Source: Alphaproteobacteria bacterium (GTDB taxonomy: Bacteria; Pseudomonadota; Alphaproteobacteria; UBA828). Taken from it: a stretch of 64,000 bases of DNA. Below are positions 38,541-48,260 of the stretch, piece by piece. The stretch lies in NCBI GenBank assembly GCA_965220745.1, contig CBDCQT010000013.1, positions 640,001 to 704,000 on the forward strand. Reading direction: 5' to 3'. The position numbers and the translations under genes are program-made. The notes beneath the pieces are model-generated. The model worked only from the letters and a program-made list of their open reading frames with translations. It had not been told where the DNA came from and searched no databases. Position 1 is the first letter of the stretch, and every line of letters begins with the position of its first letter.

Positions 38541-39247
38541 GTATCTCGATACCCGGTATCTCGATGCCCGGTATCCCGTTGCCCGGCATTTCGTTGCGCG
38601 GCATCCCGACCCTCGTCTCGACGCCTGTCTCATTGGCGATGTCGACGCTGGTCCCGACGGCAACGTCGATCCGTGCCTCGATATGCGCCGTCGCGATGTC
38701 CGTCTCGGCCGCGGCCATGTTCTCCCCCGCCGAAGCCGACTTCCTCTACGTGCCGCCCCGCGAAGCCTCTGCCGTGGCGGAGAGCGGGAAGGACCGCGCG
38801 CCGGCCGTCCATCGGGCGGCAACGGAAAAGAACGATCGTGCGGGCAACCGAGGCCACGGCAATCACGGAGAGACGACGACGCACATGCACGGGACCGGCG
38901 CTCACCATGCCGATGCCGAGCCACTGGAGAAGAGCGGCTCCGCGGGCCCCTGGCAGGTCCATGCCGGCGAGATGCTGCGCGAAGCGCTGGATCGCTGGGG
39001 AGAGCGCACAGGCGTCGAGGTGCTGTTCCTGACCGACCGGCGCTACCGGCTGCACGAGGGCCGCGCGTTCGAAGGCGCGTTCGACGAGGCGGCACGGGAC
39101 TTGTTCGCCGCCCTCTCCCACCTGCCGCACCCGCCCGCCGGCGAGATGAGGCCGGACGGGCGAACGCTGGCGGTCATGCATCAGGCGAGCGTGCACCAGG
39201 CAAGCCTGCATCGGGCGAGCCCGCGCGGTGCAGGAGGCAGACAATGA
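38537..39247 (+). CDS. TcpQ-domain protein (start uncertain)
   Basis: WQVHAGEMLREALDRWGERTG...RY.L...AFEGAF. Confidence 0.7.
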   Translation: MSISIPGISMPGIPLPGISLRGIPTLVSTPVSLAMSTLVPTATSIRASICAVAMSVSAAAMFSPAEADFLYVPPREASAVAESGKDRAPAVHRAATEKNDRAGNRGHGNHGETTTHMHGTGAHHADAEPLEKSGSAGPWQVHAGEMLREALDRWGERTGVEVLFLTDRRYRLHEGRAFEGAFDEAARDLFAALSHLPHPPAGEMRPDGRTLAVMHQASVHQASLHRASPRGAGGRQ

Positions 39248-40197
39248 GACGCGGAACGGCAGGCCTCGTGCTGGCGTCGGGGCTTCTGATCGCAACGCTG
39301 TCGGCGGCACATTCGGGCAATGCGCACGATGCGGCCCAGACGGATGCCGGGAACGACGTGCCTGTGGTGTCTGCGCTCCGCGCCAACGGCGCGCACATCC
39401 TGACCCTGGGCGAACGGGGCGGGCTCCAGGGGCACTTCGTGGAGCTTGCCAATGGCGACGCCTACGGCCTCTACGTCACGCCCGACGGCCATGCCGTTAC
39501 CGGCCTCCTCTACGGACCCGACGGCACACTGCTCACGGGCCGCCAGATCGAGGCGGCGGGCGGGGAGAGAGGCGCGGCCGCCGAGACGCTGGCGGCGCAC
39601 GGTGCAAGGCGTGCCGCCCGCGATAGCGAGGTCTCCTCCGTCAACTGGAGGTCCGGCGCGGAGGAAACCGCGGGCGGCGCGGGCGGCTTCGCCGACGCAT
39701 ACACCTCCGGTCGCAACGTATCCGCCGTCGAAGCGCTGGACGAGGGCGATCCCCTGGACCGGGACGATGTCTTGTTCCGGCGCGCGGCCTTCGCGTTCGG
39801 CTTCAGCCTCGGGCACACCGGCCCGTTGGCGGTGGTGTTTGCCGATCCGGGCTGCCGCTGGTCGCGCTCGGCGGTGGCACGGCTCGCCCGGCTTGCGCTC
39901 GACGGGCGCCTGAGGCTGCACGCCGTCCCGGTCGGGGTGCTGGGCTCGGCGTCGGCCCGCGAGGCTGCCGCCATCGCCTCCGCCGGCGATCCCGCAATGG
40001 CCTGGTTCGAGGGAGCCGCCGGGCCGGCGAGCCCGGAGGGCGGGCGGCGGATCGCGCGCAACAACGCGCTCTTCGATGCGTGGGGAGCCGGCGCGGTGCC
40101 CCTGATCGCCTGGCGCACTGCCGAAGGCCGTGTCGCCCACAGCCTCGGCGACATCGACGATCTCGATGCCTGGCTGGAGACCCTTCCCCATGAGTGA
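39244..40197 (+). CDS. DsbG/TrbB-like thioredoxin-fold protein with CxxS site
   Basis: LYVTPDGHAVTGLLY; VVFADPGCRWS; VPVGVL; GAVP cis-Pro loop. Confidence 0.7.
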   Translation: MRRGTAGLVLASGLLIATLSAAHSGNAHDAAQTDAGNDVPVVSALRANGAHILTLGERGGLQGHFVELANGDAYGLYVTPDGHAVTGLLYGPDGTLLTGRQIEAAGGERGAAAETLAAHGARRAARDSEVSSVNWRSGAEETAGGAGGFADAYTSGRNVSAVEALDEGDPLDRDDVLFRRAAFAFGFSLGHTGPLAVVFADPGCRWSRSAVARLARLALDGRLRLHAVPVGVLGSASAREAAAIASAGDPAMAWFEGAAGPASPEGGRRIARNNALFDAWGAGAVPLIAWRTAEGRVAHSLGDIDDLDAWLETLPHE

Positions 40198-40834
40198 GCG
40201 CAAGCGCGCCATCGCTCAGGCGGTCAACCGCTTCGCCTTCCACCGCGACCAGCACCACAGCTGGCGCAGGGCTGCCGCCTGGCTCCTGCTCTGCAACGCG
40301 CTGACCGTCGCTGCCCTCGCCGGCTACATCGCGCTGCACTCCACCGTCTACATCACCGTGGCCGCCACGCCGGACGGCAGGCTGGTGCCGCTGACGCCGC
40401 TCGACGATCCCATCATGTCCGACGCGGCGCTCAGGAACTGGACGGTCTCAGCGGTGACCGAGGCCTTCACCCTCGGACACCACGACTGGCGCCTGCGTCT
40501 CGCATCGGTGCGCGAGAGCTTCACCGACGAGGGCTACGAGTCCTTCCTGAAGGGGCTGGACGAGAGCCTGTTCCTGGACCGGCTGAGGGACAACCTGCAG
40601 GTGGCCTCTGCCGTGGCGCAGGGCGCGCCGGTGGTGACGGAGACCCGCTACTTCGAGGGCCGTCTCGGCTGGGCCATCGAGTTCCCGCTCCTGGTGACCT
40701 TCGCGGCGGGCGCCCGGAGCGTGAGCCAGGACCTGCTTGCGCGGGTGCTGGTGCTGCGGGTGCCGCTCTCGGAGCGCCCTGCGGGCATCGGCATCGCGCA
40801 GCTGATCGCCGACAAGAGGAGGCCGTCGCAATGA
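40190..40834 (+). CDS. dotI: DotI/IcmL/TraM family protein
   Basis: ATPDGRLVPLTPLDDP, SFTDEGYESF, W.IEFPLLVTF, GIGIAQ. Confidence 0.9.
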   Translation: MSERKRAIAQAVNRFAFHRDQHHSWRRAAAWLLLCNALTVAALAGYIALHSTVYITVAATPDGRLVPLTPLDDPIMSDAALRNWTVSAVTEAFTLGHHDWRLRLASVRESFTDEGYESFLKGLDESLFLDRLRDNLQVASAVAQGAPVVTETRYFEGRLGWAIEFPLLVTFAAGARSVSQDLLARVLVLRVPLSERPAGIGIAQLIADKRRPSQ

Positions 40835-41910
40835 GGACCGGATCAGTGCTCTTTCTGCTAGCTGCCGCTGCGGTGATGGCGACGGTGACCGGGGCCGTTG
40901 CCGCCGGCGACGGGGCATCGGAAGGCGGAGCCGATACCTGGGCCGGCCACGCGGTGTCGGACGACGACGTGGCACGGGGCGGCCGCGCCGCGATGCCGTT
41001 CACGGCGAAGCAGATCGAGGCCCTGGGCCGTCTGCTGCAGGAGACGCAGCGGGCAGCGTCGGTGGCGGCGGACCCGGTACCGCAAGGACGCATCAGGCGG
41101 GTGCGCATCGGCTCCCCCGGAGAGGGCGCGATCCCCATGATCGCGGTGCGCAAGGGCTACGTGACGGCGGTCTCGTTCGCCGACGCCACCGGCGCGCCCT
41201 GGCCGATCGAGGACGCGCTGGTGGATGCACGGTTTCTGTCTGAGACAGTCGTGACTGGGACAGTTCGTCCTGCTGGCGGGGCGGGAGACGATGGCGGTGC
41301 CGGCCGGGGGAGCGGCCGTGTGCCAAGCCACCTTCTGTACCTGTTCCCGCAGGCGCGCTCCCTGCACGGCAACGCGGCGGTCAAGCTTCTCGGTCTCGCG
41401 GAGCCCCTGGTGCTGAGCCTTCGGGGCGGCGGAGCGGACACCGACTTCCGGGTGGAGATCAGGCTGGGGCTGCCCGGACCCAACGCCGAGCCTGCGGCAA
41501 CTGCCCCGTCCGGCTTCCACGCGGGCAATGCGGTGCTTCTGGACCTGCTGGGCGGCATCGCGCCGCCAGGTGCTGAGCGTCTCATGGTTGAAGGTGGCGG
41601 GCGGGACGACCGCGCCTGGCGCGTGAGCGGCGACCTTCTTCTGGTGACCCGCGCGCATCTGCTCTCGCCGGGGCCGTGGGCGGCAGAGCGCGGGGCCGGA
41701 GGCCGCTGGGCCTACCGGCTTCCCGATGTGCCCCACGCCCTGGTGAGCCAGGACGGGGGAACGTCCTTGTCAGGACGCGAAACGCGCCTCGCCTTCCGGG
41801 CATGGGGGGAGAGCGGGGTGCACCACGGAGTTCACCTGGACCGGAGAGTTTCAGCGCACCGGGGAGCTCCGCTGTTTCCGGGGTTGGAGAGAGAGGGAGA
41901 ACGGCAATGA
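40831..41910 (+). CDS. dotH: DotH/IcmK/TraN family protein
   Basis: GYVTAVSFADATGAPWPI; GNAAVKLLGLAEPLV; GPNA. Confidence 0.85.
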   Translation: MRTGSVLFLLAAAAVMATVTGAVAAGDGASEGGADTWAGHAVSDDDVARGGRAAMPFTAKQIEALGRLLQETQRAASVAADPVPQGRIRRVRIGSPGEGAIPMIAVRKGYVTAVSFADATGAPWPIEDALVDARFLSETVVTGTVRPAGGAGDDGGAGRGSGRVPSHLLYLFPQARSLHGNAAVKLLGLAEPLVLSLRGGGADTDFRVEIRLGLPGPNAEPAATAPSGFHAGNAVLLDLLGGIAPPGAERLMVEGGGRDDRAWRVSGDLLLVTRAHLLSPGPWAAERGAGGRWAYRLPDVPHALVSQDGGTSLSGRETRLAFRAWGESGVHHGVHLDRRVSAHRGAPLFPGLEREGERQ

Positions 41911-43064
41911 ACGCGAAGGCGAATGGAAGAGCCTCCGGCGCCGGCCGGCTCGCCGTGGCGGCCTTGCCCGCCATGCTGTGCGCGGCGGTCTGGGCCGGAG
42001 CTGTGTGGGCCGACGTGCCCGACAACCGGGGTGTGGGGTTCAACCCCGACGATCCGGTATCGCCGGCATACGGAGAGACGATCCAGGATCGGGACGAGCA
42101 GCGCCTCGGCGATGCGCTGGAGCATGGCGAGACCTTCATCTCCACGGTCGACGGCACGGGACGGGCGCTGCAAGAGGGTCCGCCGCTTCCCCTGGAGCAC
42201 GGGAGCGATCCCGCAGAGGTAGGGAGTGCGTCGCCGGATCCGGCAGTGAAGGCGCCCCGGCCGGTTCCGGCCTACGAAAGCATCAGCCGCCCCCGAACGC
42301 GCGGCCGGGACAGGGACGGCGGTCTCGCGGCGATGATCGGCGCTCTGCTGGAGAGCTGGACCCGGCCGCCGGAGATCGTGCGTCTGCGCTATGCGGATCC
42401 GCAGGAGCGCGGCAGCGATGCGGCGCGGTCTTCCGCAGCTCCGGAACCGCCGGCGCCGGTGGATGACGGCGTGCACCTGCCGCACGTCGCGGCGGGCCAG
42501 GGCTTCTACGCACACACTCTCTATGCCGTGGACTCGGACTATCCCGGTCCCGTGGTGCTGGAGCTGCTGCAGCCGCCGCTGGTGGGCGCGGTGGCGCACG
42601 GCGGCTTCGAGCGCGTCGGGGAGAGGCTGGTGCTCAGGCTTGCCAGCCTGACCTGGCGCGGCCGCACGCATCCCGTGGACGCCTGGGCCGTGGACCCCGA
42701 ATGCGCCTGCTTCGGCATCGAGGGCGAGGTGGACCGCCACTTCCTCGCCCGTGTCGTGCTGCCGGCGGCGGCCCGCTTCGCCGAAGGGTTCATGACCGCC
42801 GCCGCCATGCCGGCACGCACGCTGAGCCTGCAGGACGGCACCGTGCTGCACGAGCGCGGGGCGGGCGAGCGGGAAGCGCTCCACTCGGGCCTCGGGGCGG
42901 CGGCCCGCACCCTGGGCGACATCCTGACGGCCGATGCGCCGAAGGAGACCACGGTGCGCATCCCCCGCAACACGCCGCTGGTGGTCATGGTGGCTCGCCC
43001 GTTCGCAACGCCGCCGGGGGCGGCGGCTGCGTCGTGGCGGGAGAGGACCGATGCAGGGAACTGA
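41907..43064 (+). CDS. dotG: DotG/IcmE/TraO (VirB10-like) protein
   Basis: AVDSDYPGPV, A.AVDP, EVDRHFLAR, TTVRIP C-terminal domain. Confidence 0.8.
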   Translation: MNAKANGRASGAGRLAVAALPAMLCAAVWAGAVWADVPDNRGVGFNPDDPVSPAYGETIQDRDEQRLGDALEHGETFISTVDGTGRALQEGPPLPLEHGSDPAEVGSASPDPAVKAPRPVPAYESISRPRTRGRDRDGGLAAMIGALLESWTRPPEIVRLRYADPQERGSDAARSSAAPEPPAPVDDGVHLPHVAAGQGFYAHTLYAVDSDYPGPVVLELLQPPLVGAVAHGGFERVGERLVLRLASLTWRGRTHPVDAWAVDPECACFGIEGEVDRHFLARVVLPAAARFAEGFMTAAAMPARTLSLQDGTVLHERGAGEREALHSGLGAAARTLGDILTADAPKETTVRIPRNTPLVVMVARPFATPPGAAAASWRERTDAGN

Positions 43065-43584
43065 CCTCGGCGGCGCAATGATCTCCCTGGTGCGGGACCT
43101 CGATCCCGCGCTCATGGTGCTGATCTCGGTGTGCTGCTACCTGCTTGGGTTTGCAGCCTTCATCCAGGGGTGCGCGCGCCTGCTGCGCCTCTCCGAGGAC
43201 CGCTTCAACGGACCTTCGGTTGCCGGCACCGCGCTCTGCTTCCTGGTCTGCCTGGTCATGACGAGCTTTCCCTCCTGGCTCGCCGCCGGCGGCGAGAGCC
43301 TGTTCGGGCAGGGCACCGCAGCGTCCGCCAGCATCGGTCACGGCAGCCGGGGCGCGGACTACGACGCCGTCATCGGCGCGGTGCTCACCGTCGTGGGCTG
43401 GGTCGGCGTTCTGGCCTTCCTGCGCGGCGCCTTCGTGCTGCGGGCCGCGGCGGACGGCGTGCCGGGCGCAAGCGCAGGCCGCGCCGCCATGCACATGCTG
43501 GGCGGGATCTGCGCCTGGCACATCGAGAGCCTGATCGGTGCGGTGCAGACCAGCCTCGGCATCCAGGTGCTGAGGGTCACGTGA
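43051..43584 (+). CDS. IcmC/DotE (TraQ)-like membrane protein
   Basis: Four TM segments; GVLAFLRGAFVL and HMLGGICAWHI patterns. Confidence 0.65.
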   Translation: MQGTDLGGAMISLVRDLDPALMVLISVCCYLLGFAAFIQGCARLLRLSEDRFNGPSVAGTALCFLVCLVMTSFPSWLAAGGESLFGQGTAASASIGHGSRGADYDAVIGAVLTVVGWVGVLAFLRGAFVLRAAADGVPGASAGRAAMHMLGGICAWHIESLIGAVQTSLGIQVLRVT

Positions 43585-43595
43585 GGAGAAACGGC

Positions 43596-44015
43596 ATGAC
43601 CAACGCAATCGCACTCCTTCGAGTGGCGACACCCCTTCGGGTGGTTACACCCCTTCGGGTGGCGACACTGACGGCCATCGCGGGCGCGACGCTGTGGGCC
43701 GGGGGGCTGCTTCGGACCCCGCCCGCGCTGGCCGTGTCGTTGGGCGACATGGCCGACAAGGCGGCCACGGACCTCGACGCGGTGCCGGCGCTGCTCGCCA
43801 TCGGCTTCTATATCGTCGGCGCCGCCGTGGCGGGCTTCGGTCTGCTCAAGCTCAAGCGTCACGTCGATCACCCGCAGCAGACCACGCTCGGCTCGGGCCT
43901 CATCGCCATCCTCATCGGCGTGGCCCTGATCGCGGCCCCTGCGGTGATCAACGGCCTCGTCGACACCTTCGGCCTCGGCGGCGCGGTCCAGACCGTCAGC
44001 CGGCCCAGGCTCTGA
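43596..44015 (+). CDS. IcmD/TraR-like small membrane protein
   Basis: Signal peptide; YIVGAAVAGFGLLKLKRHVDHPQQTTLG motif. Confidence 0.7.
   Translation: MTNAIALLRVATPLRVVTPLRVATLTAIAGATLWAGGLLRTPPALAVSLGDMADKAATDLDAVPALLAIGFYIVGAAVAGFGLLKLKRHVDHPQQTTLGSGLIAILIGVALIAAPAVINGLVDTFGLGGAVQTVSRPRL
43612..43668 (+). repeat. 18-bp family B array, 3 units
   Basis: CACCCCTTCGGGTGGCGA-type units; PLRVAT. Confidence 0.85.
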
Positions 44016-44046
44016 GAGCCGCGCAACAGATTGGGGAACGAGCCCC

Positions 44047-47000
44047 GTGACCCGCGTTCTCGAAGACGCCCTGGCGGCGAGCTGGACGCTGCGGCGCAAG
44101 CCGCTGGAGAGCTTCATGCTGCCGCAAGCCGCCATCGGCGACGGCATGCTCGCGTGCTCGGACGGCTCCCTGGTCTCGCTCATCCGCATCGACGGGGCGC
44201 GCTCGATGACCGGGGCCGAGGAGCTGGAGCGTTTCGTGGAACTGGCCTGCCGGCGTCTCAACAGCCGCCTGGCTGCGCCCGGTCATGCGCTGCACCTGAT
44301 GCTGGAGCGCGCACCCGACGATGCCGGGACACAGGTGGAGCGGATATGTGCGCGGGCCGGAGCCCAGGCATCTCGGCTCGGCCTCTCACTCAGCGACGTC
44401 CTGGACGAGCGGTCGCGTTATCTGGGCACCCTGCTCGCAGCCGAGAGCGTGATCTTCGCGTGCTGGACCCGGCCCGCGTGCCTCACGGCAGCCGAGGCCA
44501 GGCGGGGCCGCAAACGTCTGCGGCAGTGCCTCAAGGCCTGGCTGCCCGAGGCGGGGGAAGCCCAGTGCCCCGATGCCGTGCTCGACGGACTGGAGCCACG
44601 CCACCGGGCGCTCATGGACGCCATGGGCGCGCTGTTCGACGAGGCCGGCATCGTGGCAGAGCGGCTCGATGACGAGGCGGCGCTCAGGACCATGCGCGTG
44701 CTGCTCAACGGGACGGAGACCACTGCACCCGACTGGCGTCCTGTGACGGCAGAGAACGATACGCCGGCTCGGGCCACCGAGTCCCCCGAAGCGGGGGCCT
44801 TCCCGCCGCCGTTGGCGCCGCAGCTCCTGGTCCGCGATCCGCTGCACGCATCGAACGGCATCCGCATCGGCGGCCGCCTCTACGGCGCAATGGACATGGT
44901 GCTTGGGCCCAGGTGCGCGCGGCCCTTTGCCGAGCTGATGGAAGGCCTGGCCGAGGCGAAGCTGCCCTGCCGCTTCTCGATCCTCATCGAGGGCGGTGGG
45001 ATGCGCCGCCTCGGCGCCGCCGTCGCAAGGGTCTCGTCCGCCTTCCTCGCCTTCTCCCATCCCGACAGCTGTGCGGTGAGAGACGCCATGCGGGCACTTG
45101 CCGAGCAGGACGCTGCGGCGCAGGCGGTCGTCAGGCTTCGCATCGGCATGCTCACGTGGGTGGGAGCGCAGGAAGATGGGGAAGAGCTCGCGCGCCGGCT
45201 CGGGCGCCTCCAGCAGGTCGCCGAGGGATGGGGCGAGTGCGTGTTCTCGCCCCTCGTCGGAGACCCCCTCGAGGCCTTCGCGGCCTCGGTGCCGGGCTTC
45301 TGCTGCGGCGGCACCGCCGAGCCCGCGCTCGCCCCCCTCTCCGAGGCGCTGCGCCTCCTGCCCGTCTGCCGCCCCGCGGCCCTGGCGCGCTCCGCCGGAA
45401 CGGCCCGGCCCGGCGGAAGTTCCCGGAACGGGGGAACGCCCCGGAACGGGGGAACGCCCCGGAACGGGGGAACGCCCCGGAACAGGGAAGCACCCTGGTC
45501 CGCGGTCGACCACATCTTCCGGGCGCCCGACGGCAGGATGCTCCCCTTCTCCTGCAGCGGCGGCGAGGACCACGGCTTCGAGCTGATCCACGGCATCCCC
45601 GGCCGGGGCAAGTCGGTGCTGATGAACAGCCTTAGCCTCGCCCACCTCCTCCAGGGGGGCCAGGCCAGGCTGCCGCTTTCCGCCACCATCGACATCGGGC
45701 CCTCGTCCTCCGGCCTGATCTCGCTGATCCACGAGGCGCTGCCGCCGGAGCGGCGCGCCGAGGCGGGCTGGTTTCCGCTCCGCATGACCACGGCGTGCGC
45801 CATCAATCCCTGCGACACGCAGCTCGGCTGCCGCTCGCCCCTTCCGGCCGAACGCGCCTTCCTGGAGAACCTGGTGGGCCTGATCCTGACCCCTGCGGGC
45901 GTGGCAGGGGTGCCCGACGGCATGCGCGAGCTGATCGGGCCCACCGTGGACCGGGCCTACGGGCTCCGTTCCGATGCCATCGCCGGTGCCGAGCCCAACG
46001 TCTACACGCCCGGCAGGGACGGAGACGTGGACCGCGCCCTGGAGCGCGCCGGACTCGCTCCTTCGGACCTTCCCTGGTGGGAGGTGGTGGACCTGCTCTT
46101 CGATGCGGGCGATGCGGTGGCAGCGTCGCGAGCGCAACGCTACGCGGTGCCGGTATTGGGCGATTTCCTTGCCGCGGTGCGCGAGCCTGCGGTGCAGGGG
46201 CTGGTTGGCGAGGCGGTGCACGGCGCGGGCGGAGAGACCGTGACCCGGGCCTTCATCCGCATCCTCACGTCGCTGGCGGGCTCCTGGCCTGCGATGTTCG
46301 CGCCGACCGCCTTCGATACCGGCGCCGCCAGGGTGGCGGCCATCGACTTGCGCGAAGTGGCGCCGAGGGGCTCGGCCGAGGCCGACCGCCAGACCGCCGC
46401 CTTCTACATGCTGGCCCGCCACGCGCTGACCCGCCATTGGTGGATTGGGGAAGAGGACATCGACCAGGCACCGGGGCGTTCCCCTGTGCCCGAGCGCTAC
46501 CGCGCGTGGCACCGGGAACGCCTGCGGGAGATCCGCGAGACCCCGAAGCGCCTCGCCTTCGACGAGTTCCACCGCACCGGCTCCGCTGCGGCGGTGCGCG
46601 CCCAGGTGGAGCGCGACGCGCGCGAGGCGCGCAAGCACGGCGTCCGCCTCTGCCTCGCCTCGCAGCGGCACGAAGACTTCGGGCCTGCCCTGGTCGAGCT
46701 TGCCAACCGCATCTGGGTGCTGGGGGCGGGCGGCAAGGCGGCGGAGCTGGAGGCGCTTTCCCGGGTGTTCGATCTCAGCGCCACGGTGGCGGACGCGGTG
46801 TCGTACCGGCTCACGGGGCCGGGCCCCGAGGGCGCGCCGGCGCTGCTCATCGCCACCCATCCCGGGGGTCGCCTCGAGCAGGTGCTGCTGAACGCGCCGG
46901 GGCCGGTGGAGCTCTGGGCGCTGACCACCAGTCCGCGGGATGCGGCGCTCAGGGAGCGCCTGTGCGCCCGCCTTGCGCCGGCCGAGGCACGGGCGGCGCT

Positions 47001-47184
47001 GGCCAGGCGCTTCCCCACCGGCACTGCGGGCGCCTGGATCGAGGCGGAGCTGCGCCGGCTGGAGCTGCGCGGCGCAAGGGTGGCCGCCTCCGAAAGCGAC
47101 CTGCTCGACAGGCTCGCGGACGAGCTCGCGAGCGGCGGAACGATCGTTGCAACCATGACCGAGAGGAGAACGGAACCATGTTGA
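44047..47184 (+). CDS. dotO: DotO/IcmB/TraU VirB4-like ATPase
   Basis: DGSLVSLIRIDG, GIPGRGKSVLMN, IDIGPSSSGLI, INPCDTQLGCR, FDEFHRT, GPVELWALTT. Confidence 0.92.
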   Translation: MTRVLEDALAASWTLRRKPLESFMLPQAAIGDGMLACSDGSLVSLIRIDGARSMTGAEELERFVELACRRLNSRLAAPGHALHLMLERAPDDAGTQVERICARAGAQASRLGLSLSDVLDERSRYLGTLLAAESVIFACWTRPACLTAAEARRGRKRLRQCLKAWLPEAGEAQCPDAVLDGLEPRHRALMDAMGALFDEAGIVAERLDDEAALRTMRVLLNGTETTAPDWRPVTAENDTPARATESPEAGAFPPPLAPQLLVRDPLHASNGIRIGGRLYGAMDMVLGPRCARPFAELMEGLAEAKLPCRFSILIEGGGMRRLGAAVARVSSAFLAFSHPDSCAVRDAMRALAEQDAAAQAVVRLRIGMLTWVGAQEDGEELARRLGRLQQVAEGWGECVFSPLVGDPLEAFAASVPGFCCGGTAEPALAPLSEALRLLPVCRPAALARSAGTARPGGSSRNGGTPRNGGTPRNGGTPRNREAPWSAVDHIFRAPDGRMLPFSCSGGEDHGFELIHGIPGRGKSVLMNSLSLAHLLQGGQARLPLSATIDIGPSSSGLISLIHEALPPERRAEAGWFPLRMTTACAINPCDTQLGCRSPLPAERAFLENLVGLILTPAGVAGVPDGMRELIGPTVDRAYGLRSDAIAGAEPNVYTPGRDGDVDRALERAGLAPSDLPWWEVVDLLFDAGDAVAASRAQRYAVPVLGDFLAAVREPAVQGLVGEAVHGAGGETVTRAFIRILTSLAGSWPAMFAPTAFDTGAARVAAIDLREVAPRGSAEADRQTAAFYMLARHALTRHWWIGEEDIDQAPGRSPVPERYRAWHRERLREIRETPKRLAFDEFHRTGSAAAVRAQVERDAREARKHGVRLCLASQRHEDFGPALVELANRIWVLGAGGKAAELEALSRVFDLSATVADAVSYRLTGPGPEGAPALLIATHPGGRLEQVLLNAPGPVELWALTTSPRDAALRERLCARLAPAEARAALARRFPTGTAGAWIEAELRRLELRGARVAASESDLLDRLADELASGGTIVATMTERRTEPC
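45411..45501 (+). repeat. 18-bp family A array, 5 units, in dotO
   Basis: CGGGGGAACGCCCCGGAA x3 plus variants; GGTPRN. Confidence 0.9.
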
Positions 47185-48260
47185 CGATGAACAGGGCGAC
47201 GGTGCTGGGCCATGCCGGCCGCGATCCGGAGATGCGCACGCTGCAGTCGGGCGGCGAGGTGGCGCTGTTCAGCCTGGCGACCAGGGAGCGGTTCACGCGC
47301 CGCGACGGCACGGCGGGCGAGGCCACCGAGTGGCACGCCATCGTGGCGTTCGGCAACGCGGCGCAGACGGTGCGCAAGATGGTGCGCAAGGGCGCGGCGG
47401 TTCTGGTCGAGGGGCGCATCGCGACGCGCACCTGGAAGGACAGGACGGGCAGGGAGCACCGGACCTCGGAGATCCTGGTCTCGGGTCCGCAGGCTTGCGT
47501 GAACGTGTTGACGAAGCGCGCCCGGGGGTCGGGCGGCGATGACGATCCGCCCGGCGGCGCTGCGCCGGCAGGGGCGGCGAAAGCCGCGACCGAGGATCCC
47601 GGCGATGACCCCGCAGACGCGGCGGCCGGCTCCGGCGCGGTCGAGGATGCGGGCGCGGACGACGATGCCGACACGGGAACCGGCGCTGCCGCGGACCGCG
47701 CTTCGTCCGACGGTGCGGAGAGTGAGGGGGCTGCCCCGACCGAAGCCGCTGCCGATGCGGCGGGCGCAACCTCCCTTCCGGCAGTCGAAAAGGCTGGGAA
47801 CGAAACAGGTACTCATGCCCCGGCTTGTGCCGGGGACGGACCTGAAGAGGAAGCGAGGCCGGCAGGCGGCGAAGATGCCGGTCCCGGAACCCAGGACGTT
47901 CAGACCGATGAAGCCACCGGCGCGGCCGATGAGGACACCGGCCATGACGGAGGGGATAGCGCGCCCGCCGCTTCCCCGGAGGGAACGGCCTCGGCTGAAG
48001 CGGCATCGGCCGAGGCCGCCACTGCCGGCGTGGAGGGCAGCACGTCGGCGTTGGGAGAGCCGGAGACCGACACATGCGGCGAGCCAGGGTCCGGCGAAGC
48101 GACCGGCAGCGCCGAAGACACGTCCGACGGAGGTGTTGCGACGGGCGACGCCGGTGATGCTGTGACCGGCAAAGCCGAAGCCACCGACGCGGGGGATGCC
48201 GGCAGCGAGGCGGTAACGGCTGGGGTCGAAGGCCGGGCAAGCGATGCCGGCCATGACTAG
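47178..48260 (+). CDS. ssb: Single-stranded DNA-binding protein with very long acidic tail
   Basis: MNRATVLGHAGRDPEMR, TEWHAIVAFG, KG..VLVEGRI.TRTW. Confidence 0.85.
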   Translation: MLTMNRATVLGHAGRDPEMRTLQSGGEVALFSLATRERFTRRDGTAGEATEWHAIVAFGNAAQTVRKMVRKGAAVLVEGRIATRTWKDRTGREHRTSEILVSGPQACVNVLTKRARGSGGDDDPPGGAAPAGAAKAATEDPGDDPADAAAGSGAVEDAGADDDADTGTGAAADRASSDGAESEGAAPTEAAADAAGATSLPAVEKAGNETGTHAPACAGDGPEEEARPAGGEDAGPGTQDVQTDEATGAADEDTGHDGGDSAPAASPEGTASAEAASAEAATAGVEGSTSALGEPETDTCGEPGSGEATGSAEDTSDGGVATGDAGDAVTGKAEATDAGDAGSEAVTAGVEGRASDAGHD

